DNA from: an uncultured Gemmatimonadaceae bacterium
GTDB lineage: Bacteria > Gemmatimonadota > Gemmatimonadetes > Gemmatimonadales > Gemmatimonadaceae
Assembly (NCBI GenBank): GCA_963817955.1
Contig: CAWFQK010000002.1
Location: 1,056,001 to 1,120,000 of the forward strand
Length of the DNA: 64,000 bases
Direction: 5' to 3'
Shown here: one piece after another, positions 48,994-59,071 of the stretch
How positions within the stretch are numbered: the stretch's first letter is position 1
Layout of the letters: each line of letters opens with the position of its first letter
Position numbers and translations under genes: made by a program
The notes under the pieces: generated by a model
The model's input: the letters and a program-made list of their open reading frames with translations, nothing else
Databases searched by the model: none
Told to the model about the DNA's origin: nothing

Positions 48994-49076
48994 CGAGTGT
49001 CGAGTTGCCAGTGATGAGTTATGCGTTGCGCGTTTTTAAACACTCACAACTCACAACTCACAACTGGACACTCGAA
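48994..49076. repeat. Inverted heptamer-repeat arrays downstream of the oxidase operon
   Basis: (actcaca)x3-actggac-actcgaa at 49042-49076, opposed by cgagtgt-cgagttg-ccagtga-tgagtta-tgcgttg at 48994-49028. Confidence 0.75.
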
Positions 49077-49251
49077 CCTCGCCGACCGGCGATGGTGGCC
49101 GGCAAACCAGGCCCCCCGCGCGACTACTCTGCACGATTGATGAGATTTCCTCCGCGTTCCTCCGCGCGCTCTGCGGTGTGCTCGCACGGGCACCATCCGC
49201 GATCCGTCTGGAGAGGTAGCCACTACCACAAGCCTAGCTCATAGTAGTTCC

Positions 49252-49563
49252 ACGATCGCGACGGCGATGCTCGGCAACCTGCTCGGCAACCTGCTCGGCC
49301 AATGGATCGGCACCAAACGCCCCCTCATTGAGCGGCTCAACGGCATGTTCGCGGTCGGCGCGCTCGGCATGATGGGGGCATGATGGGAACTGGTCAATTA
49401 CCACGGCAAGGTCATGCCGCTCGAGGCCGTCAATTTTCAGTCGGTGTTCCGGACGTGGCTCGATCCGGTAAACGCGTCGCTCGCCTTCGCCCTCACGTTC
49501 GTTCTTGTTTGGTTCGGCGCCCTCTACGCGCTTTACCGCAAGGATATCTTTTTCAAGGTGTAG
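49252..49563 (+). pseudogene. Remnant of a NagX/HGSNAT-like (DUF5009-like) membrane protein gene
   Basis: Frame reads TIATAMLGNLLGNLLGQWIG...ERLNGMFAVGALGMMGA*WELVNYHG...PVNASLAFALTFVLVWFGALYALYRKDIFFKV*. In-frame TGA at 49381, no N-terminus, short tandem duplications. Confidence 0.7.
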
Positions 49564-49597
49564 TGCCTGGGTACCATAGTTGCCCGTTGATCATGAC

Positions 49598-51229
49598 ATG
49601 ACGCAGACTTTTTCCCGAGCGGGCTTCGCCGCCCAACTCACCATCGCAGCATTCGGCGCCGTACTCTTCGCCGTCCCAACTGCCGGGGCCGTGGCGCGCC
49701 CAAGACTCGAGGTTCGCGCCGAAACAACGGTTGCCGGACACGCACCCGGCAAAGCCGCCCGGACCTCGAAGAAGGCACAGCGCCGTCCGAAGAAAAGACC
49801 GCCAACCCAGGCACGGGCGGCTGCCGCCAGGAAACCGCCAGCGGGACCCGCGTGGAGCAGCCCGCGTGGCGCGGTTGCCCTGTCCAGCGCGGTGGGCGCG
49901 GCGCTGGCCGGCCACACCCGCAGCGGTGAGTGGGGAGCCATGATCGTATCGCTCACCCGCGGCGACACGCTATTCGAGCAGAATGCCGACACCATGATGC
50001 AGCCAGCGTCAACGATGAAGATGTACACGTCGGCGGTAGCGCTCGATCAATTCGGCCCCGATTACACCTTCCGAACGCCGGCATTACGCGACGCACCGGT
50101 AGGTACCGACGGCACGCTCGCCGGCAATCTCTATCTGCGGGGGGTCGGCGACCCGTCGATGAGCGCGCGCTTCTGGCACCAAGAAGAGCCGATGGACGTG
50201 TTGGCCAAAGCGATCGCCGCCGCCGGGATCAAGCACATTCGCGGCGACATCGTGGGCGATCCTTCGGCGTTTGATGAGAAGCTGGTGCCGGACGGATGGA
50301 AGACCAGCTACCTCGGCGCTGCCTACGCGGCACGTGTCTCGGCGCTGTCGCTCAACGAGAATCTCGTCTGGGTGGTGGTGAAGCCCGACGGTAACAAGGC
50401 GTCGGTCACGCTCGACCCCGCGACGACGGCCATTCCTCTCGAGAGCTCGGTGCGCGTCAGCGGTGGAGGGGGCGGCCAGATCAGCGCGTCGCGCCGCTCG
50501 GACGGCACGATTAGCGTACGCGGCTCCATCGGCTCACGTTCTGGGCCCTTGAAGTACTCATTGGTAGTCGACAACCCTGCGTTGTTCACGACCGGTGCGC
50601 TACGCGCCTCCCTGATGAAGGTCGGCGTCACGATAGACGGTCAAACGCGTCTCGGTGCGACACCGGAGAACGCCACACAAGTGGCGGCCGTTGCATCGCC
50701 GCCACTCGCCCAGATCATTGGCGAAATGGACCGCGAGAGCATCAACGTGTTCGCCGAGCTGTTGTTCCGCGCATCCGCGCACGCGGCGACGAATCGCGTC
50801 GGATCGGCCGAAACCGGACTCGCCAATCTACGCGACTTTATGTCCAAGAAGGTGGGGGCGCCGGGCACGATGGTGGACGTGATGGACGGCAGCGGTCTGT
50901 CTCAGCTCGATCACGTCACGCCGCGCTCGATGGTGGAACTGCTCGGGTACGTGCATCAGGCGCCATGGGGACCGGTGTTTCACGCCGCGTTGCCGGTCGA
51001 GGGCGAATCGGGCACACTCAAGCGCCACGGCAAGGGCGCTCCATCGCGCGGCAACCTGCATGCGAAAACCGGGACGACCAACACCGTCGCGGCACTTGGC
51101 GGTTATGTCACCGCCAAGAACGGCGAGGTGCTGGCCTTTTCGCTGATCTACAACGGCAGCGATCGATGGAACGCCAAAGCCGCGATGGACCAGATCGGCG
51201 CGACCATGGCGGAGTTCGTGAGAGAATAG
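49598..51229 (+). CDS. dacB: D-Ala-D-Ala carboxypeptidase/endopeptidase (PBP4, S13)
   Basis: SxxK (PASTMK), GVGDPS, SxN (ESIN), DGSGLS, KTG. Confidence 0.93.
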   Translation: MTQTFSRAGFAAQLTIAAFGAVLFAVPTAGAVARPRLEVRAETTVAGHAPGKAARTSKKAQRRPKKRPPTQARAAAARKPPAGPAWSSPRGAVALSSAVGAALAGHTRSGEWGAMIVSLTRGDTLFEQNADTMMQPASTMKMYTSAVALDQFGPDYTFRTPALRDAPVGTDGTLAGNLYLRGVGDPSMSARFWHQEEPMDVLAKAIAAAGIKHIRGDIVGDPSAFDEKLVPDGWKTSYLGAAYAARVSALSLNENLVWVVVKPDGNKASVTLDPATTAIPLESSVRVSGGGGGQISASRRSDGTISVRGSIGSRSGPLKYSLVVDNPALFTTGALRASLMKVGVTIDGQTRLGATPENATQVAAVASPPLAQIIGEMDRESINVFAELLFRASAHAATNRVGSAETGLANLRDFMSKKVGAPGTMVDVMDGSGLSQLDHVTPRSMVELLGYVHQAPWGPVFHAALPVEGESGTLKRHGKGAPSRGNLHAKTGTTNTVAALGGYVTAKNGEVLAFSLIYNGSDRWNAKAAMDQIGATMAEFVRE

Positions 51230-51247
51230 AGACTCGGGTCCCGTCTC

Positions 51248-52384
51248 TTACGACTCCTTGATGTCGACTCCGCGCTTGCGCAGCTCATCGATATATCCCT
51301 GAGCGGGCACGCACTCGTCCGGGGTGTGCACGCCAAGGGGCTGCACTTGGCCGCGCACCTGCATCAGCCCGGTGATCGATAGCGAATACCCCGTCGTCCG
51401 CATCATCGCGCTGATCTCGTGCTGCTGGTCATAACAGTCGACCAACTCGAACGTCTTCTTCGCAGCCGCACCGTTCTTCTTGCCGCTCACGATCACGCGC
51501 AGCGCCACGAGGTCATGCCCTTTCGGCTTGTTCAGCTTCGGCATCACCGAGGCGATGAACGCGTCCCGCGGCACGATCATATGGCCCTTCACATCCACCG
51601 GCTTGAGATCGAGCAGGCCCATCTCCCGAACATCTTCCATGAGCCGGGCGTGCCCGGGATATCGAAGCGTCTTGTACTCCATCGTCGGGATCTTGCCTTC
51701 GTACGTGAACGCCATGGTGGACAACCCGCCCGCCGTATGAAACGCCTCGAGATCCGAAAAATCGAACTTCACCGGCTCGATCTCCGACAGCGCCTTCACC
51801 TGCGTGCGCTTGCCGTTTCGCAGCACCCACGACAGCGTGGTGTAGTAGTCGAGTGCACCCTCGAGCGAATACACCAGCATGTAGTTGAGCGGCGGCTCCG
51901 GATGTTGTGGCAGACCGCCAACAAAGATCTTCACGGAGTCGACGCTATCGAGTTGCCGGATCCCGTACTCAGCGAGAATGTTCACCATGCCGGGCGCCAA
52001 CCCGGAATCGGGCACCACGGTGATCTTCTTCCGCCGGGCTTCGGCGTCGAGCTCCTTCTGCTTGAACACGATCTCGGTATTGCCGCCGAGATCGCAAAAA
52101 TGAACGCCGGCCTCGACGGCAAGCCGCGCCATGTCGTAATTGAAGTAATATGGAATCGCGCTCATGACCGCATCACACTCGCGCATCACACCCAACACTG
52201 CGGCGTTGTCGCGAACGTCGAGCGGCGTCGGGAGCAGCCGCGGCCCGGAGTAGGGCGCCAGAAACTCAGGAATGTGTCCGACGTGAATATCGGCGAGACG
52301 TACCTCGGTAACGTCCTTATCCTGCAGCAGGTCGTAGGCACATGCCGAGCCTTGCAAACCCGCACCCAATACGAGCATCCGCAT
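51248..52384 (-). CDS. Saccharopine dehydrogenase / lysine 6-dehydrogenase family oxidoreductase
   Basis: VLGAGLQG Rossmann motif, DLGG, GLAPG, VGGLPQHP, YKTLRYPGH, MMRTTG. Confidence 0.88.
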   Translation of the reverse strand: MRMLVLGAGLQGSACAYDLLQDKDVTEVRLADIHVGHIPEFLAPYSGPRLLPTPLDVRDNAAVLGVMRECDAVMSAIPYYFNYDMARLAVEAGVHFCDLGGNTEIVFKQKELDAEARRKKITVVPDSGLAPGMVNILAEYGIRQLDSVDSVKIFVGGLPQHPEPPLNYMLVYSLEGALDYYTTLSWVLRNGKRTQVKALSEIEPVKFDFSDLEAFHTAGGLSTMAFTYEGKIPTMEYKTLRYPGHARLMEDVREMGLLDLKPVDVKGHMIVPRDAFIASVMPKLNKPKGHDLVALRVIVSGKKNGAAAKKTFELVDCYDQQHEISAMMRTTGYSLSITGLMQVRGQVQPLGVHTPDECVPAQGYIDELRKRGVDIKES

Positions 52385-52485
52385 GCGGTCAGTCTCCGTG
52401 AGAGCGTGAAAGCTGTCGAAACCTACATGAGGCCGACTCAGCCGTCACCTGCGCGCGCGCAGGTTCCTCGTTCATTTCACCTGGC

Positions 52486-52941
52486 ATGATGTTTTTTGGA
52501 AGAAATTCCGACTGGCGTAGACATCTCATTCACGACGATGCCGGCATCGCCGCCGTGCTCTCTGCGACTCATCGTATCGCGGTGCTGGGCATCAAGATGG
52601 ACCCCTCCCAGGCCGCATATTACGTCCCCGAATACGCGCAGGGCGCAGGGCTCGAGATCGTGCCGGTGCCAATCTACTACCCGGACGTGACGGAGATTCT
52701 CGGCGAGCGTGTGTACCGGAACGTATCCGACATTCCAGGGGATGTGGACATGGTGAACGTTTTTCGTCGTCCGAGCGACGTCGCGGCGCACGTTGACGAC
52801 ATACTGGCCAAGAAGCCAAAGTCGGTCTGGATGCAACTCGGAATCCAGAATGATGCGGCGGCGGAGCGTCTGGCCCGCGCCGGCATCGACGTCGTACAGA
52901 ACCGCTGTCTGATGGTGGAGCTGCGCCAACACGGCAAATGA
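52486..52941 (+). CDS. CoA-binding protein (YccU-like)
   Basis: IAVLG, VDMVNVFRR, VWMQLGI, NRCLMVE. Confidence 0.9.
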   Translation: MMFFGRNSDWRRHLIHDDAGIAAVLSATHRIAVLGIKMDPSQAAYYVPEYAQGAGLEIVPVPIYYPDVTEILGERVYRNVSDIPGDVDMVNVFRRPSDVAAHVDDILAKKPKSVWMQLGIQNDAAAERLARAGIDVVQNRCLMVELRQHGK

Positions 52942-52956
52942 GGCGCGATGCAGCGC

Positions 52957-53916
52957 CTACTCTATCCGGATCTGCCCGCGCCTGGCGTCGAGAGTCCACC
53001 GATGCTCGGCGAGCCGTTGCGCTATGCTACGCTCGCCGATCGATGCCCAGTGGCCGGCTTGAAGTACAAGAATGTCATCGTGGGTCATGCGCGTCGCCTG
53101 GCCGCTCAGCGCCCTTTCCGCATCCGGCAGCGCTCCGCCCACGCGCAAGCTGATGCGATCGGTGCGTGGATCGAACGTAGGCGCGAAACGCGACAGCACA
53201 TCCAGACCGATCACGACGCCGCTATCCATACCGCGCGCGACTGAAACGGGAATGTTCGTATAGGTGAGGCGCCCAATCGTGACCGAGTCGGCCGTTGCTG
53301 GCCCAGCGCTGGCCGCGGTACCTCTTCCATCCGTCGATGCGAACCGGCGAATGCGTAGTGCCGCTGCCATCGAGTCGCTGAGCATGATTCCGCGCGGCCG
53401 GCACGAGATCACCGCCTCCACCGGATGCCCGTTCACTCGGAGCGTCGTACGACCAATGGTGTTATCGACGTCCGTATGTTGGTAGCCCACCGTTAGCACG
53501 GAGTCCGGCGCGATGATGCGCGTCGGATGCGCTATCAGCCATTCGGCGCGTTCGCGCTCACCAGCGCCAAGCGACGGCGCCAGGCCGGCGAGTGCCCGGT
53601 ACTCGCCAATCGAGAGATACACTGGCGCGAGATCGCTGGCGACCAGGGGAGCCCAGTCGCGGCCGCCAAACTGGATCGCCTCCTCCATCAGCGTTGCGCC
53701 CACTCGGGGCGCGCCGCGTTCTACCAGGTATCGTCCGAGCGCCCATCGGGCGCCTGGATCATGCGGCTTCGCGTTGACGGCAGCGTAGAACTCCGATTCC
53801 GCGCGAACAAGTGCGCCGGCGCGGAGCAGCGAATCAGCGGCGTGATTGAGCTGCGCGTCCGCGCCAGCGGCGAGCGCGAGCGTCCAGCCGATGGCGATGT
53901 AACCACGAACCATCAT
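52957..53916 (-). CDS. Secreted hypothetical protein, TPR-like plus retropepsin-like region
   Basis: Signal peptide; helical repeat; 'VNGHPVEAVI...ADSVTIG...VIGLDVL' resembles an aspartyl-protease fold, but no DTG motif. ATGA overlap with the upstream gene. Confidence 0.55.
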   Translation of the reverse strand: MMVRGYIAIGWTLALAAGADAQLNHAADSLLRAGALVRAESEFYAAVNAKPHDPGARWALGRYLVERGAPRVGATLMEEAIQFGGRDWAPLVASDLAPVYLSIGEYRALAGLAPSLGAGERERAEWLIAHPTRIIAPDSVLTVGYQHTDVDNTIGRTTLRVNGHPVEAVISCRPRGIMLSDSMAAALRIRRFASTDGRGTAASAGPATADSVTIGRLTYTNIPVSVARGMDSGVVIGLDVLSRFAPTFDPRTDRISLRVGGALPDAERALSGQATRMTHDDILVLQAGHWASIGERSIAQRLAEHRWTLDARRGQIRIE

Positions 53917-55559
53917 TGCTGCATCAACACCAGTGAAGCGAGTAATTCGACATCTGGATCCAACACGACCCGGGCAGGAGGAGTGCCGAGCGGAATCCGA
54001 AGCTCCGTCGTCGTACCCGGCGCCGCCGGCACCTGCATGATCCCGCGATGCATGGTCCCTGACGAATCGACGACGGCCACGGTGAGAGGAAACCGAAATA
54101 CGCCGAAGCGAGCTCGTTGCGTCACTCTGATGACGACCTCGCGTGCACTCGAGTCATACGACCACGTCGCGTTCACTTCAGGGAAACCCGGCCGTCGCAG
54201 CCACTGGTCGAAGAACCAGCCCAGCGACTGTCGAGACTCGTGCTCTAGGGCGGCGCGCAGATCGTCGGTCACGGCCGTGCCGTGCCGGTGCGCACGATAG
54301 TAACTCCGGAGGCCATCGAAGAAGGCGCGTTCGCCAACCTGAACACGCAGCATGTGCAGCACGAACCCACCTTTCTCGTAGCTATTCCTGTTCAGTAGCG
54401 CAAACAGATTGGTTTCGATCGTGTCGATCACGGGCCGCTTGGGAACCGAGATCGTGTCGTAGAGCACGGCCCGGCGGATTCCACTCATCTGCCCATGAAA
54501 TGCGCTGTCGCCACGTGCTGCACGAGTCCAGAGAGCGGAGAAATACGTGGCGAATCCCTCCGATAACCACAGGTGTGGCCAATCGCGCTCCGTCACAGCA
54601 TCGCCAAACCACTGATGCGCCGTCTCATGCGCGATCAACACGTCAGACACACTGTGGCGGCGGAACGCCTCGTCCGAGTAGAAGATCTCGCTGGCGTTCT
54701 CCATGCCGCCAAAGCGGGTGGACGACTGCACGTGCGCGAGCTTCTCATAGGGAAACGGACCGATGAGGCTCGAGAATAGCTGCACGATCTCACCCGCGCG
54801 CGCGAAGGGACCGGGCATGTAATCGCGCTGTTCCGGCGCCGTATACACTGATTGGGAAACACACCGTTGCAGCTCGGCGAGCCCACAATCCGTCTCGCCA
54901 AGGTCGAATCTCGCCAGCGGCGCCGCTGCAATTGCCATGAGATAGACAGGAATGCGCCGCGTTTCGCGCCACACCCACTCGACGTGCGATACGCCATCCG
55001 CCGTGGTCACCGTACGCGAAGAGAGAAGCATTCCGTTAGCGACTACCGTACGACCGGCGGGCGCGCGCACGCGCCAGGTCACCGTTGCCTTGTCGCTGGG
55101 ATGGTCGATACTCGGAATCCAGTGCCGCGCGCGATTCGGCCAGTTGTCGCTGAAATACGTCCACCGTCCAGCGCTATCCTGGTGCACGATGAGCCCATCG
55201 CTCACTGCGCCGCCATAATCCACTACAACAATGCGCGTGTTCGGGCGCCCTCGGGCCGTTGGAATCGCGACGATGCCGTCATGCTGCACGAAGGGCGTTT
55301 GTCGGCCATCCACCTTGACGCCATTCACCCGAAGATCGAGCAAATCGAGCATGAGCGAGTCGGCCGGCGCCGTGCGCGACACCGTCAACGTGGCGACCGC
55401 ATGAATGATCGACCCGCTGTCGGGGAGTTCGATCGCGATCGCGTAGTCCGTTACGGCGAACGCGGAACGATACGGGCGAATCTGCTGGGCGCCGGCCGCG
55501 GCGACAGACAGACACGCCATCGCGGCGGTGAAGCACGCTGCGCGCGAGAGGCGAATCAC
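53913..55559 (-). CDS. M1 family aminopeptidase, secreted
   Basis: GGMEN; HETAHQWFG...WLSEGFATY; YEKG. GTG 55559 immediately follows the kinase stop. Confidence 0.92.
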   Translation of the reverse strand: MIRLSRAACFTAAMACLSVAAAGAQQIRPYRSAFAVTDYAIAIELPDSGSIIHAVATLTVSRTAPADSLMLDLLDLRVNGVKVDGRQTPFVQHDGIVAIPTARGRPNTRIVVVDYGGAVSDGLIVHQDSAGRWTYFSDNWPNRARHWIPSIDHPSDKATVTWRVRAPAGRTVVANGMLLSSRTVTTADGVSHVEWVWRETRRIPVYLMAIAAAPLARFDLGETDCGLAELQRCVSQSVYTAPEQRDYMPGPFARAGEIVQLFSSLIGPFPYEKLAHVQSSTRFGGMENASEIFYSDEAFRRHSVSDVLIAHETAHQWFGDAVTERDWPHLWLSEGFATYFSALWTRAARGDSAFHGQMSGIRRAVLYDTISVPKRPVIDTIETNLFALLNRNSYEKGGFVLHMLRVQVGERAFFDGLRSYYRAHRHGTAVTDDLRAALEHESRQSLGWFFDQWLRRPGFPEVNATWSYDSSAREVVIRVTQRARFGVFRFPLTVAVVDSSGTMHRGIMQVPAAPGTTTELRIPLGTPPARVVLDPDVELLASLVLMQQ

Positions 55560-55560
55560 G

Positions 55561-56679
55561 TCAGCGGCCGAACAACTTGCCAAACAACCCGCCCTCGCCG
55601 GGCTGGGACGTGCCCTCGGCGGCCGCGGCCGCGAGCGCATCGGAGAATTCGATCGTGTTCTGGTGCCGCTCGTCCGGATTTCGCTGCAATGCCTTACCGA
55701 GTACGCGCTCGACACTCTCCGGAAAGCCAAATTCCGGCCGCATCTTCCGGAGCGGTGTTGGGTCGCTGCGCAGACGAGCGATCATCAGCTCTTGCTGCGT
55801 GCGCCCATTGAATGGAAGCTTGCCGGTAAGCATCTCATACGTCATGAGTGCGAGCGAATAGATATCGGTACGCGCATCGAGCGGCTTGCCACGCAATTGC
55901 TCCGGGCTCATGAATTCCGGCGTGCCGAGAATGATACCGGTCGCTGTGAGTTTCTGCAGCTCCGTGCCCGCCTTGCGTTCCTTGGCGAGACCGAAGTCCA
56001 TGACCACGGCGTAGTCGGAGCCATCGGCGGCCTTGCACACCATCACGTTCTCAGGCTTGAGATCGCGATGCACGATCTTCAGGTCGTGCGCCACGTGCAG
56101 ACCGGCCGCAATGTCACGCACCAGGCGCACGACCGAATCGAGCGGAATATGTCCGAGCCGATTCGTTCGATCGGAGAGGATCTCGCCATCGACGAACGGC
56201 ATCACCACGTACACCAGACCGTCTTCGGTCTCGCCGAGGCGGATGATATGGCAGACATTCGGATGGGCGAGCCGCATCCCGAGGCTCGCTTCACGTCGCA
56301 GACGCGCCATGGCGTTGGCGTCCTGTGACAGCGCCGCTGATAATACTTTGATTGCATATCGCTCGCGCGTCGCGACGTCATTTGCATGATACACGAAGGA
56401 CATCCCGCCCTCGCCCACTTTTTTCACGATCTCGTACCGGCCCTGAAGCGTCGTGCCAACGAGATTGACGTACGTGAGCGGCACACCTGCATCGACGTGA
56501 CCGTGCGGAGTCGTGGCGCGAGGTGGCGTCGCGGTCCCGGCGGAGCTTTCCACAACTGGCGTGGAGATCGCCGGGGTCATCACCGCATTTCCCGACGGCG
56601 TGAGCAACCGCGTCCCGTCGCGCGTGCAGAAGCGCGCGTCATCGGGGTACGTCTTGCCGCAGGCGGGGCAACGATTCAT
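55561..56679 (-). CDS. Hanks-type Ser/Thr protein kinase with N-terminal zinc ribbon
   Basis: CPACG...FCTRDG; GEGGMS; AIK; HRDLKPEN; DFG; GTPEFMSPEQ; no TM segment. Confidence 0.95.
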   Translation of the reverse strand: MNRCPACGKTYPDDARFCTRDGTRLLTPSGNAVMTPAISTPVVESSAGTATPPRATTPHGHVDAGVPLTYVNLVGTTLQGRYEIVKKVGEGGMSFVYHANDVATRERYAIKVLSAALSQDANAMARLRREASLGMRLAHPNVCHIIRLGETEDGLVYVVMPFVDGEILSDRTNRLGHIPLDSVVRLVRDIAAGLHVAHDLKIVHRDLKPENVMVCKAADGSDYAVVMDFGLAKERKAGTELQKLTATGIILGTPEFMSPEQLRGKPLDARTDIYSLALMTYEMLTGKLPFNGRTQQELMIARLRSDPTPLRKMRPEFGFPESVERVLGKALQRNPDERHQNTIEFSDALAAAAAEGTSQPGEGGLFGKLFGR

Positions 56680-56724
56680 AGAGAAAAATGGCGATGCCAT
56701 TGCCCACCGTCAAATGCGCCTACG

Positions 56725-57681
56725 TCACCCCCCGAGAAGCTCGTGCAGTCCGTCCCATTCGATATTGCCGCCGCTCAGAATCGCCACGGTGGGGCCGCGA
56801 GGCGTGAACTTCTTCTCGAGAAGTGCCGCGACGGTGATCGCCCCGCTGGGCTCGACGACGAGCTTCATGCGGTCGAGCAAGAGCCGCATTGCCCGACAGA
56901 GTGCCGCGTCGTCCACGAGCACGACGTCGTCGACGTACCGCTCATGGTGCGCGAACGTCAGCTGCCCCACCTCGACCGCGAGGAGCCCATCCGCGAGGCC
57001 GCCGGTGTGCTCGAGTTTCACCGGCCGTCCCGCTGCGCGGGCGCGACTGAGCTTCGGTGCTCCCGTCGGTTCCACGCCGATGACACGCGCGTTCGGCAAC
57101 CGCAACTTGATGGCCGCTGACACGCCGGCGCTGAACCCGCCGCCGCCAACCGGCACGAGCACGGCCTCGACGTCCGGAAGGTCTGCCGCGATCTCCAAGC
57201 CCACGGTGCCCTGCCCTGCGATGATCGTCGGATGATCGTACGGCGGAACGAGCGTCGACCCGTCCTGTTTCACCAGCTCCTCGGCCTTGCTCATGCGATC
57301 GGCCGTCGTCCTGCCGGCCAGAACCACCCGTGCCCCTAGGCGCTCGGCACCACCGCGCTTGGCGGCCGTGACGGTCGTCGGCATGACGACCGTGGCTGGG
57401 ACTCCAAATAGTTTCGCGGCGAGCGCAACGGCTTGCGCGTGGTTCCCCGATGAGGGCGCGATGACGCCACGCTTCCGCAGCTCCGGATCCATGCGCGACA
57501 GAAAATTGTACGCGCCCCGGAACTTGAACGCGCCGCCACGCTGCAACACCTCCGGTTTGATCCAGACCGGTGCGCCGACCTGTTCGGAGATCGCGTCAGC
57601 AGGAAGTAAGGGCGTGCGAACGGCGACGGGCGCTAGCACCTTCGCTGCAGCCTCCAGATCGTCGATGGTCACCAAATGCAT
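56725..57681 (-). CDS. PLP-dependent serine/threonine dehydratase (or serine racemase-like), no ACT domain
   Basis: AFKFRGA, SSGNHAQA, PVGGGG, EPSGA, LSGGN. Start trimmed to ATG 57681. Confidence 0.92.
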   Translation of the reverse strand: MHLVTIDDLEAAAKVLAPVAVRTPLLPADAISEQVGAPVWIKPEVLQRGGAFKFRGAYNFLSRMDPELRKRGVIAPSSGNHAQAVALAAKLFGVPATVVMPTTVTAAKRGGAERLGARVVLAGRTTADRMSKAEELVKQDGSTLVPPYDHPTIIAGQGTVGLEIAADLPDVEAVLVPVGGGGFSAGVSAAIKLRLPNARVIGVEPTGAPKLSRARAAGRPVKLEHTGGLADGLLAVEVGQLTFAHHERYVDDVVLVDDAALCRAMRLLLDRMKLVVEPSGAITVAALLEKKFTPRGPTVAILSGGNIEWDGLHELLGG

Positions 57682-57686
57682 GTCGC

Positions 57687-58970
57687 TCAAGAGAACACCC
57701 GGTTCCGGCCAGTAGTTTTTGCCTTGTAGAGGGCGGCGTCGGCTTCCTGCAGCAGCACCTCGGTCGAGATGGAATCGTTGCCGCGGCCGAGCGCCAGCCC
57801 GACGGAAATGGTTTGACTCAATGAAGCTCCGGCAGGGCCGAATGTGTAGTCGTCGACGTGCTGCCTCAGGCGCTCGGCAAAGGTGATCGCCCCCTGCCAA
57901 CCCGTGTCCGGCAGAACGATCACGAACTCGTCGCCGCCAAAGCGTGCGACGGCGTCCGTATCACGCGCCGTGGATTTCATGATCGCCGCGAGCTGCTGCA
58001 ACACGATGTCGCCCACCGGATGTCCGCGCGAGTCGTTGATGTCCTTGAAGTGATCGAGGTCGATCGCGACGACGGCCACTGTGGAGCCCCGGCGGCGCGC
58101 GTGGCGCAGGTCGGAGCGGAGCCGCGCTTCGAGGGAACGACGATTCATGCAACCGGTGAGCGGGTCGCTGCCCACCTGTTCCGCCAAACGGTCGTGCATC
58201 GCCTGGAAGCTGCGAGCCAGCAGCGTGAGCTCATCGGGCCAGCGCTCCGCGCCAAGCTGCGGAAGCGTCGCGATCTCGCCGCGCTCCACCACCTTGCAAT
58301 ACATCCTCAATGCATCCATGCGTTCGCGAAAGCTGCCGAACGTAGAGATGAGCACCGTGCTGATGATCGAGAACAACACCACGTTGAAGGCGACAGCGAG
58401 CGTCGTGGGACGCGGGCCGGTCACGAACTCCGGCATGCGGAGCGTCGCCGCCACATACGCCACGACCGTGAGCGCCGCAGCCAGCGAACCGTGACGACGG
58501 CCGAAGTAGAACACTCCGAGCTGCATTGAAAGAAAACCGAGCAGCAGAATGCGATGCATCTGCTCCGGCGTGCTCGTGAGATAGCAAAACGTGGCGAGTG
58601 CGCCGATGTCGGCCGTGAGCAGCAGCGATGGGAACCAGAGCTGGACGCGGCGCGACGGCGAGTGCTGAAGCATCCAGGTCGTCGCCATGACGACGCCGAC
58701 ATAACAGGCGCCGATGGTCGCCATCGCGACGAACCCGTCATCGACCGTCGAGGGGAACAGGAGGGTCAGCAGCACCATGGCGCCGAGCGCGAGGTACCGG
58801 ACCCAGCGCTGCCACAGGAGCACCTCGCAACGCAGCTTTGCCTGTTCGGCGAGCAGTGCCTCTCCGAGCTCCACGGAAACCAGTGGCAGCTCCTGCGTGA
58901 CCCCCGCCACAGACAGTGGCAGGGTCGTCATCGTCGTCGGTTCGGGCTGACTGCGGACTGGAGAGGACAC
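57687..58970 (-). CDS. Membrane-bound diguanylate cyclase
   Basis: Several TM helices; DPLTG, DLDHFKDIND, RDTD I-site, GGDEF, ADAALYKAK. Confidence 0.93.
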   Translation of the reverse strand: MSSPVRSQPEPTTMTTLPLSVAGVTQELPLVSVELGEALLAEQAKLRCEVLLWQRWVRYLALGAMVLLTLLFPSTVDDGFVAMATIGACYVGVVMATTWMLQHSPSRRVQLWFPSLLLTADIGALATFCYLTSTPEQMHRILLLGFLSMQLGVFYFGRRHGSLAAALTVVAYVAATLRMPEFVTGPRPTTLAVAFNVVLFSIISTVLISTFGSFRERMDALRMYCKVVERGEIATLPQLGAERWPDELTLLARSFQAMHDRLAEQVGSDPLTGCMNRRSLEARLRSDLRHARRRGSTVAVVAIDLDHFKDINDSRGHPVGDIVLQQLAAIMKSTARDTDAVARFGGDEFVIVLPDTGWQGAITFAERLRQHVDDYTFGPAGASLSQTISVGLALGRGNDSISTEVLLQEADAALYKAKTTGRNRVFS

Positions 58971-59071
58971 ATCTGGCTTCGCGGGACGAGACTAAGCTAC
59001 AGTGTGGCAGCAGGGCCGGAAAGATTAGCACCTGCAACGATGTGTTCCATCCATCTGCCAACCCATCTCAG

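Noticed and set aside
49381..49383. In-frame TGA as selenocysteine or readthrough
   Set aside because: It lies within an 11-bp duplication in a truncated, internally deleted gene, so decay is the simpler explanation.
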